Source of the DNA: Phallusia mammillata
Taxonomy: Eukaryota
NCBI GenBank assembly: GCA_965637545.1
Contig: OZ281497.1
Location: 15,996,001 to 16,060,000, forward strand
Direction of reading: 5' to 3'
Length of the DNA: 64,000 bases
The translations under genes and the position numbers were made by a program. Positions 36,434-46,048 of this stretch are shown here, one piece after another (the stretch's first letter is position 1; every line of letters begins with the position of its first letter). The notes beneath the pieces were generated by a model that ran no database searches, was not told the DNA's origin, and saw nothing but the letters and a program-made list of their open reading frames with translations.

Positions 36434-39400
36434 TTAGTTTGAAAACTTTCCTTTCGTTATTTCAAGTATTTCATTAATATCAACAGAAGACCCTAATGGG
36501 ACACCATATTTGTTTTGTAGACCACTTGGATTTGAAGGGGTCACACAGTCCTCTGTTACTTCTTTTCTTAAAACATGATCGATTTCAACAGAACTGAAAA
36601 AAGCAACACCCAATGGCAGGTCATGCATGTCCAGTTTGTATGCAAACATGCACCTAGTAAGAAGATTTGCAATTTGAAGAGCAAGGGCCACTGAATATTT
36701 GTGGTTTTCATGTGACATATATCGAATTTCGTCATGGATGCTTAGTATAAAACGAGCATTTAACTTGTATTCATCAATCAACCACTTTGTTGCCACAAGA
36801 AGCAAATGCAAGTAATCCACAGCTGAACTCTGGACAACCCAGTTCATTCGTCCAGGCAAAAAACTTTCGCTGACCTTGCTGGGTTCCAAGGCTTGACTAA
36901 CACTGCATTCTAAGAAAGGAGTTTTGGGATTCTTTTGTTTAGCAATTTCTTCAAGTTTGTTAAACATGTCTGACTCGATACCATCCACCCACCTCTTCCC
37001 AGCAATTAAACTACCTTTTGTTATGGTTCTAACATTTCCAAAAGCTGCATTTGCTGCATTATGTAACTTCACTACTTCATCAAACTTGACATTTCTTTGC
37101 TCCGGACATTCATAATTCAACTTGACACCAGTCTTTTTAACAAACCACATTCCTTCTTCACTGAGCTTGTAAGTAGGTTTTCCTTTAGTCATGTTGTACA
37201 ATGTGTTTACTTTTTTAACAGCCTCCCCTTTTGATATCTGCGGATTAAGCTGCATCAAAGTTCGCAGAGCAGCATGTTTTCCAGCCCCATACATTCTTGC
37301 GTAGTTGAAAATTTTTGCTTGATCCCTAGTTGATCCAATAGCTTCTGCTGTTTTGCTGTGAAGATCTGTGCCATCACGCTTGTTGCCTTGCAGTGTCATC
37401 CAAGACAATGCTGTACACCCATGCATTCCAGCTGATTCAGAGTCACCAAGCAAAGATGCTATCCATAGTTCTTGTGAATCTACATCAGCCCCAACAAAGC
37501 AATGGCTTGGAGGGGCTTGTACCATTGCTTTTAACTCACTTCCTATGCGGTTTGTTTGAATGTTACTTGCTGTCAGCCATGTTTTTTCCACAGCCCTCCG
37601 AGACACTGTTCCACTTACAACAACAAGTGGTACAATAGCACCAATGTTGCTCTTGGGTGCAGCTGAGGAAAAGCTCTGCTGAAATTTGTCACCAAGGGGG
37701 ACCACCATTTGCCCCTTGACGCGCTGTTGAGAACTGCGCCAGTAGGAACAAAGTTGGTTAATAGCAAGACACCTTTGTGCAAGTGAAGTTTGATCAGAAC
37801 TTAAATTTCCTGACTCAATGTGGTGCAAAAAGGTATGTGATAAAGGACTTCCCACATTTTTTTGTCCACCATCTTTGTGTGGCAAACGATGAAATGTATG
37901 AAGTGGTGGAAGATTTTCAACATTCTCTGCTTTTGTATGATAAATTTCTGTGCTTGCACCATTCGATTCACCCTGATCGATTTCATTTAAGCCATCAAGA
38001 CTGGGATTTGCAGGAAATGTTGGCAGTGTACTTGATTCATGAACCAGATAACCCCACCCTAATTTATCCACAAAATGTAGAGGAAAACCCATCCATGTTA
38101 GCCGTAGCAGTTTTGGTGTGGCCCTTGTCAAGACTGACAAGTTTATCGGTCCATGTGTCCATGCAGGGTCACTTTCTTTAAGGCATAATTCACTGTACCA
38201 TTTTGGGTAACCTGGTAAATGTGCTGAAACTTTTGATAGGCGACTTGCAGTTAAGTATATTTCTTCAACCAGTGGTGTTCTTTGATCTTTGTAATTTGTG
38301 TCTTGGGGTTTTCCTACCATTTTCTTCTCGTTATCTGTAAATTTGTGTTCTAGCATGGAAATGTTGTCAATAAGATATGCTTTTCCTTCTGCTGGTTTCC
38401 AGTTCTTTCGAGGTTTTGTTAGCAGTTTGTAAGGTCTAACATCCCAATCCATATCCCACAGCCATTTGTCTTCTGCAAAATTATTACTTGCAAGATGACA
38501 GGCATCATGAGCCAATGTCATAAGATTGCTCTTCAGCTCCTGGTTCAAACTGTCATACGCATCATCACATGACCGGATGTATCTGTCCCAGTGGTGATTG
38601 ACAGGCAAATACATCTGTCCCATTTCCAACATTCCAGCAAATGTCACTGGGTGAGGACACCGTTGGAAAAACAAAGGTGTTAATTGCAGAAGAACTTCAT
38701 GAGTAGCTACAACATCACTTGCACAGTATTCCATGAGCAGATTAAAGTCTTTCTGTACATCTGCCTTTGTGCCTTTCACAAATGTCTCCCTAGCTTCTTT
38801 TTTAATGCTGCTACCACAATAAAACTTATGAACATCACTTAATCCATTCATAGAGCCAGCATTAATCCAACTGTCTTGGAGTGCTTTTTCTTCACTTGAC
38901 TCCTGTTGAGCAGCCTGGCTTGATTTAAACATAATACGTTGTTGGGAATTAAACCCACTTGTGGCGATATGCATGCTCATAGTGTCCAAGAAACGTACCT
39001 TGGTCAACTCTGGGTAATACTGCTCTTTTATTCTTGCCCGATCATAAGACACATTGTGACCAATTATTAGCTTTGCATCACTTTCAGAATGTGTTTTATT
39101 CTGAGACTCCATTGGAATAAGGGAGTCCAGGTCATTTTCATTGCTGTTTGTGTACAAATTTGCACTTGTCCATGAGTACCAGCAATCCTTTGACACAGCA
39201 GTAGCCATAATTGGAAAATCACTGATTTGCACCAAGACTTCACAATCAAAAATTAAACCACTACCATCTGGGTATTCAACAGATTGAACATCTAACCTTC
39301 CATTTTCACATCTTGAGTATTTAGTCCAACCTGGTTGGTTTGACCATTCATTGTTTTTTGGCATTGGAGGTAGTGTCGCTTGAACCAAGTCATACAGCAT

Positions 39401-39811
39401 CACAAAATACCTTTTAGCTTGTTTTTTTGCAATATTTTGGAAGTGCTGGTCAATGTTGGACCCTTTAAGCTTGGGCAGATCTAATGAAATGTCATCTGAC
39501 AATTCAGGTTTACTGTTTAACAAACCAAACTTTTGAAGGTGATTGATGCTGCTTTTAACACTATCATCCTGATGATGTGCATTGTAGTCCCCATTGTAAC
39601 ATTCTTTGAATATTTGTTCATGCATGTTCTTGGATAGCATTTGTATGCCAAAATCATTGACTCTCGTATTTGCTTTAGGTTTGTCTTTGGCTGGAACATG
39701 ACTGGTGCTGTATTCCCTACTTCCAGTGTAAATGTCAGTTGAGAACACACTACACACATTTGCAATGTTTCTAATATTGTGAACTTTCTGTGCAAGCTGT
39801 GGTATGTTCAT
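36434..39811 (-). CDS. POLG: DNA polymerase gamma catalytic subunit, single exon, 1125 aa
   Basis: The exonuclease motifs are IFDCEV, GHNVSYDRARIKE and YCASDV. The polymerase motifs are A GADVDSQELWIA, B RDQAKIFNYARMYGAG and C SIHDEIRY, plus NWVVQSSAVDYLH. Confidence 0.97.
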   Translation of the reverse strand: MNIPQLAQKVHNIRNIANVCSVFSTDIYTGSREYSTSHVPAKDKPKANTRVNDFGIQMLSKNMHEQIFKECYNGDYNAHHQDDSVKSSINHLQKFGLLNSKPELSDDISLDLPKLKGSNIDQHFQNIAKKQAKRYFVMLYDLVQATLPPMPKNNEWSNQPGWTKYSRCENGRLDVQSVEYPDGSGLIFDCEVLVQISDFPIMATAVSKDCWYSWTSANLYTNSNENDLDSLIPMESQNKTHSESDAKLIIGHNVSYDRARIKEQYYPELTKVRFLDTMSMHIATSGFNSQQRIMFKSSQAAQQESSEEKALQDSWINAGSMNGLSDVHKFYCGSSIKKEARETFVKGTKADVQKDFNLLMEYCASDVVATHEVLLQLTPLFFQRCPHPVTFAGMLEMGQMYLPVNHHWDRYIRSCDDAYDSLNQELKSNLMTLAHDACHLASNNFAEDKWLWDMDWDVRPYKLLTKPRKNWKPAEGKAYLIDNISMLEHKFTDNEKKMVGKPQDTNYKDQRTPLVEEIYLTASRLSKVSAHLPGYPKWYSELCLKESDPAWTHGPINLSVLTRATPKLLRLTWMGFPLHFVDKLGWGYLVHESSTLPTFPANPSLDGLNEIDQGESNGASTEIYHTKAENVENLPPLHTFHRLPHKDGGQKNVGSPLSHTFLHHIESGNLSSDQTSLAQRCLAINQLCSYWRSSQQRVKGQMVVPLGDKFQQSFSSAAPKSNIGAIVPLVVVSGTVSRRAVEKTWLTASNIQTNRIGSELKAMVQAPPSHCFVGADVDSQELWIASLLGDSESAGMHGCTALSWMTLQGNKRDGTDLHSKTAEAIGSTRDQAKIFNYARMYGAGKHAALRTLMQLNPQISKGEAVKKVNTLYNMTKGKPTYKLSEEGMWFVKKTGVKLNYECPEQRNVKFDEVVKLHNAANAAFGNVRTITKGSLIAGKRWVDGIESDMFNKLEEIAKQKNPKTPFLECSVSQALEPSKVSESFLPGRMNWVVQSSAVDYLHLLLVATKWLIDEYKLNARFILSIHDEIRYMSHENHKYSVALALQIANLLTRCMFAYKLDMHDLPLGVAFFSSVEIDHVLRKEVTEDCVTPSNPSGLQNKYGVPLGSSVDINEILEITKGKFSN

Positions 39812-39994
39812 TTCGGAATTATGTCAAGCAGCTTTACATTTCCGAAAAATGCCTCATTGCCTTTATTACTATAAACCACTGGAAAAATATTTTATTGTAA
39901 TTCCCACTATTGACTTGTAATTGTAAACTTAACTATAGCACACAGTTGCTAGCGTGAAACTATAATTGACATTATAAAGTCCAAAAGTTTACAC

Positions 39995-40268
39995 CATGGG
40001 TGGGCAACCTTTGTTACTGTGGGGCCAATTACAAATGTCAAAGTTGGATCGCAGGCTGCACCTGTGTATAACACAAAGTAATTTTGCTTTGTTGCTTACC
40101 AAATATGCTAAACTACAAGTATAATTCGTATTTTATTCCAGCCACATTTTGCCAGGTCGCAGAAAACTAGCATCAGGCGCATTAATGAGCTCAAAAATAT
40201 GTAATAATTGGACTTGTTTGCCAGTACTTTAAGACCTTTAAAGAAGGGCCGCAGGTTGCTCACCCCTG
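39995..40268. mobile_element. hAT-type MITE
   Basis: The TIRs are catgggtgggcaacct / aggttgctcacccctg and the TSD is gtttacac/gtttccac (7 of 8). Confidence 0.85.
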
Positions 40269-41162
40269 GTTTCCACCAATGAATGTTGTTACCCAATAAT
40301 AACTAATTAACTAGGATAAGATAAAATGTTTTTTTGCAATGTGCGGCTTACAATCGAGTAAATCCGGTATGCCTACAATTTAGGACATGTACAACCAAGT
40401 AAATATGAAACAATACCGTACATATCTTTAAAATAAGCAATATCAAACAGTTACAACAATAGTAGCAGTGCCAACTACAAGATCAACAATTCATTGCCGA
40501 TGATAATAATGACCTAAAAAAATTGAATGATGAATGGTATACCAACTATAGTTAAGCTTTCATCTTTACTGTGAGCTGTCGCCAAAAAATATCCGGGGCC
40601 GCTATGAAATCGAAAATTAACAAACAGTATGCAAATTGCCCATACAACGGGTGTAATAAGAAGACCCTAAAGCTAAACCCAACGTGACAATTGTTTATTT
40701 ATTTCAACAACAAACTTGTCATTTACATTTTACAATACCCTATTTTTGTCACTTGCTTCTCTCATCCGTTTGCAGCTGCCTTTGTTGCAAGTTGCTGCCC
40801 ACTTAAAGTATTAGTGCTCTATGCTTAAACCTATTTAGATTTATTATATTGCAAACAAAGTTTTATTATATTTTTGGGTTAACTTTAAATTGTTTTGGCC
40901 CATTTCTTTTTGGGCCCGTACGATGAAATATCAAAGCAACAACGTGCTTTTTGTTGTTGGGGGATTTCCCATTTCATTGCATCACGTGATTGCAAATCGT
41001 GTTGCGTATTTTTGTCCATGCTTTAAATTTAGCTGTGATACCTTTACCCCTATGGCAACTTATTTCCGTTTTTTTGTATAAGCTTGAGGGTAGACTTCAT
41101 GGTATATTACGTACATTACGTTTTCGTGAAAATTCGTAATTGGATCAAGAGTGCCTTTCATA

Positions 41163-41718
41163 CGGTGCATCTAAAATATACAGGAATGAGGATCGCTTGA
41201 CGCTTGGTGCACCTTTTTATCACTTGGTGCACCTTTATATGCTTTGGTGCGCCTTGATAATACTTGGTGCACCTTTATATGCTTTGGTGCACCTTGATAA
41301 TACTTGGTGCATCTTAATATAGCATGGTGCACATTTATATCGCTTGGTTCATCCTTATATCGCATGATGCACCTTTATATCGCTGGATGCACCCTTATTT
41401 TGGCCGGTGCAACTTTGTTTTGTTTGGTGCACCTGTCTAATCCTACACGCACCTTTACCTAGTGATATAAAGGTGCGCTAAGTGGCATAAAGGTGCACCA
41501 AGCGATATAAGGGTGAACCAAGTGATATAAATGTGCACCAAGCGATATAAATGTTCACCAAGCGATAAAAGGTTGAACCAAGCGATATAAATGTGCACCA
41601 AGTGATACAGATGTAAACCAAGCGATATAAAGGTGCACCAAGTGTTATAAAGGTGCGCCAAGCTGTGTTAATAATGCACCAAGCGATCAAAGCTGTCCTG
41701 TATATTTTAGATGCACCC
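41163..41718. mobile_element. Foldback/MULE-like element with modular TIRs
   Basis: It has a perfect 22-bp terminal inverted repeat ggtgcatctaaaatatacagga and arrays of an approximately 20-bp unit (cttggtgcacctttatatcg) that reverse orientation near 41460. A perfect 9-bp TSD cctttcata flanks it (41154-41162 and 41719-41727). Confidence 0.88.
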
Positions 41719-41805
41719 CCTTTCATATACTACTGTCAACTTTGTGTATTGTGTTACAGTATCGAACTGTTTGTTTTTATTTGTAACCATTTTATTGTGT
41801 TAGCC

Positions 41806-43737
41806 ATGGAGGCAGTCCAACAGGAATCAGACAACAGTGATGATCACATTGAACATGTGTTTGCTAGTTTGCTTGATTTAAAAATAAAACCCCTGAGGGT
41901 TCAAGATGCTGAGAGCTACCAATTTACTTCCATACACTGTGATTCGTTGCATATCAAAGTTTTGGATTATTGTGCAAGGACTGTATGTTACCTAAAAGAA
42001 CTCTGCATTGATGAAGCTTCTGTAACAAAAATTCGAAATTATGGACCTTATGTATTTTTTGCCTTCTGCAAGTTTCATGATCAAACAAGCCCCTGGTCCT
42101 GCCTGTTGTGCAGCAAAGTGGTCCATGATATGTTACAAACTTATTTGGATTTTCTACATTTTAATTCAGTTGGTGAATTTTTAATTGAGCATCATTCCTT
42201 ACCTAAGAAAACACTGGGCCTGTTTTGTGAAGATCTAACAAGGTGTGTTGCAGGTGATACACAATACACATTAAAATTATGTTACAGGGCAATGCATTTG
42301 TCTTTTAGAAAATCTTGGAATCGTCATCCATCAATTTATTCAGGCCTTATTGCTTTTTTGCAATTATGTTCCTGGAATTCACTCACAAATTATCTACCTG
42401 ACATTTTCCCAATTGTTTTGTGGCTAGTTGATGACTATTTTCCAAAGGTGGTGTTATTAGGAATTGATGGAATATCTGCACTAATTACTGGAATTCCCAA
42501 AGCAGAGTTACGGTAGGTACAGATGACCCAAATAATTGTGAAAGCAATTTGCTTTTTAATGCGATTTATCAACAATACTTAGTAATAATCTCAACAAGGC
42601 GCAGAAGCACATTAAAGTCGTATCAGGCAGCTGACCGAAACTTAAAAAGGGACTTTTATACATAGTTACCTTAATCGTTCCCCCCGTCCTAATCTGCTGC
42701 TAAGGAGGTTCACAGTATTTTAAAAACAAACCCCTTGGTTACATTTTTATGATCTCTATGCAATTGCAAGGATCATGTGAGTAACCGGTATGCAAATAAC
42801 TGGTTGTTTTAATTATATGCCTGATTAGTGAGCTATATTTTTATTTTACCATTACTTTTGTGTTGACCAAAATGTTTGTTGTTTATATTTTAGTTTTGCA
42901 TTTTTTTAGACTTCATGGCAAAGCTGAGGTGTTTTATGATGCTTTAAAGAAAAAACTTTATGTACCGGATACTGCTGTTGTGCAAAAAGTTTTACCATGT
43001 ATCTTGAGTTGCATTGGTGTTTTGGAAAGAGATCCAAGCAAATTTGATTCTGTCCATGCTGTGACAAGATATGATATAACATTTCAAATAGTGTTGTCCA
43101 ACCTAGGCATGTGCACTAACCATCAGATGATCAGGTAAGTTGTAACCATTTCTGCCAAAACAATTCTGACCATAATATGTTAATCCATGTTAAAGTATGT
43201 TCAAAGTAAAAACATCTACAGTATTGAATATGTTGGTGGCATGAAGAGGAATGCTATGTTTCAAACCACATGACTTTCTTGTTCACAGGGTATACCTTAG
43301 TGAGATACAAGCCTTCATTTCTGTGATGCAGTTTACAGTTGTGAGGCATTTCAAATATCTCATACCGCTGATAGAACACCACCTGGAGTCAACTGATGAT
43401 CAAACTTATAATGAAACTGTTTCAATGGTCAAATTGATTTGCAAATTGGCTTGGCCTAGGTAGGTTCTATGAGCATAATACAATAAGTTGTTAAAGTTTG
43501 GAGGAATTTGGGAAATGTCTTTGAAGGTTCCATCGGCATCACCACACGATATTGAGGCTGTTGGTAAAAAGATTAATGCAGGAGAATTTGTTGGAAGAAA
43601 ATTCATTGCAGATAACTGTGGATTGCATTTCATGCATGCAAACTGCTGATCCGTCTGTTCAGGTAATTTTGTTGCAAACAAAAGAATGTTGCAGAAGGGC
43701 TTGCACATTTTGTGTTTTTTTAGAAAGCATTAGATGA
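41806..43737 (+). CDS. TTI2: TELO2-interacting protein 2 (TTT complex), multi-exon
   Basis: It contains SWNRHP, LPDIFPIVLWLVDDY..VLLGIDGI..IPKAELR, GKAEVFYDALKKKLY, TVVRHFKYL and LICKLAWPR, colinear with TTI2 as I recall it. The last exon boundary is less certain. Confidence 0.8.
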
Positions 43738-44479
43738 AATCAGAAGTATGTCTCTTATAAACAAATATTCCCATCTACGCCATGCCTTGGAAGAGTTGTC
43801 ATGAATTTCGTTGAAAAGAGGTCGTAAACGCGACAACCTTGAGCTCTTACGGTTATGAAGTCCCGTCCTGGCATTGGCTTTTGTTCAAAGGGCATTGCTC
43901 TACCGGAGTGGAACTCGCTGGGTTAAGTCGAAAAAAAAATCAAATAAACAAACGGTCTTGCGAAATTCATGTAACATTCGAGCTCTCTATGGCGTGCACA
44001 TTTCGAGCATCGGTGTAAATTTTTCGACCCCATCTGATCCAAACTACTCTAAAAAGCGACAATGTTAAATGTAGGGTCAAAATACGAAATTGGCTGGGGA
44101 TCAAGGACAAGAGGCAGCGCGCAATATTTGGTGGAAAAGCCCGACGAATGAAAAATATCATGCTCTAAGTCTAATGAAGAAGAAAAAGTCAGTGAATGTC
44201 TGAACAAGCGAGTTTAATGATGTTTGCCTTACTTACGTTTCTGTTCGTATTTCCATAACCTATATGTCGTAGGCAACTGGAATCGAACAGACAAAATGGC
44301 TAACGTAATAAATTCGTAATGGACGCGTGGCTGCGTGTGGATTTTGTTTAATCGTAGTGTTTCAGGTTTTAATTGCAAAGTACATAATTTATGCCCATAT
44401 GTTCATAATTATTTAATATCGTAAGTATGTGTCAAAGTTTGCCCCCTGTTGCTAAATTATCTGCCGCCCATGCTTGGAT

Positions 44480-44768
44480 GTAACAGATATAAAATTACCG
44501 CCTTATGATCACAAGGTCATTGGTTCTAATCCTATCTCGGTCGCTTGTGTTTCCCTGAGCAAGAAACTTAAGCGGCATTGCTCCAACCCAGTGGTTCCCG
44601 ATAGGTTGAACTAAATTGAAGTCACCAACTGCCTAAAACCAAAAAAAATCAAAAATGTTCAACGGACTTGCAATAAAACAGGCAGCTCGACGGCGGACTC
44701 ATTGTGAGCATAACGCATTCAGGCGTTGCCCGCCCACCTAGGATAAAAATGAAAACAAACAAACATTA
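44480..44768 (+). mobile_element. tRNA-derived SINE-like repeat, copy 2
   Basis: It has ggttctaatcc (B-box-like), ctgagcaagaaacttaagcggcattg, attgtgagcataacgcatt and an (AAAC)n tail, and is homologous to 4298-4600. Confidence 0.62.
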
Positions 44769-44990
44769 CAACAAATAAGGAAACTCTGTGTCTTATCTGC
44801 TTACTCGGCAATATTTTTTGTGAGAAGAAAGATTTGTAGCGGTCATATACAATAATATAGAACGTTTTGCGTTAAATTTTGTCACTACTTCAGAGTCGCT
44901 GCAGTTACACTCGATTGGTGCCCTTGTTTGTAATAAGAAGACAGGGCTTAGACCTGTTACGTTTCGAGCATTACCAATACATTTTTATAG

Positions 44991-45182
44991 CGTGGATAAT
45001 CCGAATAAAGGAGATGCTCAGGCAAACCCCAGGAGGAAAGTGCATATTTGTTAGTCGCGATTGGTCTTGTGAGAAGTTGAAAGACGCGTTGGAACCCGAC
45101 CTCTCACTAGTCAAGTCCGAAAAAGTTCAAAGCAACAGCAAAATGCAGATGTGGCTGAGTGTATGGGAAAGTGGGGATGCTT
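44991..45182 (+). pseudogene. Inverted duplicate of the OvoA terminal coding exon
   Basis: It is a 192-nt inverted copy of 46051-46242 with its own tttttatag acceptor, reading AWIIRIKEMLRQTPGGKCIFVSRDWSCEKLKDALEPDLSL...WESGDA. It lacks the native TAA. Confidence 0.85.
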
Positions 45183-45331
45183 CCTTTTTGGTATTTATTA
45201 TTTATTCTGTACATTGCATCATTGTCCAAGTTTGTGTACCTTTTTTAAAAAATATCCAAGTTTAGTGGGAACCTTTTTTGTAAAGTTTTTCATGTAGAAG
45301 TAAATTTTGTTCTGTAACTGGTCTTTCACTG

Positions 45332-45496
45332 AGGTAGAGCTACTAACACAGGAACTTACAACACGCCGATTTTGGAATGTTCGATAGGTGGCGCAACGGA
45401 GCAGAGGCGTTTAAAGTGACAATAATTGCTGAGTCAGCAAATTGCATAAATTCCCCAACCGGCGTGTTGTGACTTCCTGTGTTAGTAGCTCTACCT
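45332..45496. mobile_element. Short MITE
   Basis: It has a perfect 23-bp TIR aggtagagctactaacacaggaa / ttcctgtgttagtagctctacct, flanked by the direct repeat ttcactg (7-9 bp depending on the boundary chosen). Confidence 0.8.
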
Positions 45497-46048
45497 TTCA
45501 CTGACAGTTCATGTACAAAGGTGAAAGTAAATAATAGTGAAAGCATGACTTGTAATATCGTGAAACCAACTATTGTTTCGTAAGATTATGGAAAATTGCC
45601 AACAACGTTGTGCTTGTGTCAACTTGACGAACTTCTAAACTAAAGGGCTGCAGGTCTGACAGGCCGGATCCGGCCCGTAGATGAAGGCTACTGACCCTAG
45701 CTTAAATGCTCTAACTATTCTGAGAAACTTTGACATAAATGCACTAAGAAGACGTTTACTAATTACAGCTTAAAAACTAGTAACAATAACATACGTAACA
45801 ATAAAGTATTCACGTAACTACAACAAACATGATGCATATTTTAAAATTTAAACCACCCTGCTTTAACATAACATACAACTGAAACAGTAAGTACAAGTGT
45901 TGGTTGGGGTTCTCCAATTAATTATTTAACTGCCATTTTTGTGGCTGTAGCTTATACTCGACATAAATAAAAGAGCAAATGTACAGCACAACACACAAAG
46001 TTAGACACTGGTTTAATTTACAACTTCTGATTTATGACAAAAAGTATG

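Noticed and set aside
41140-41726. Repetitive ORFs that could be mistaken for a CRISPR array or repeat protein
   Set aside because: The units are directly adjacent 20-bp tandem repeats with no unique spacers, inside a TIR/TSD-bounded element in a eukaryotic genome.
43800-44270. CpG-rich segment with short ORFs, searched for upstream exons of a plus-strand OvoA paralogue
   Set aside because: No OvoA-like peptide was found in any frame, and the segment is unassigned.
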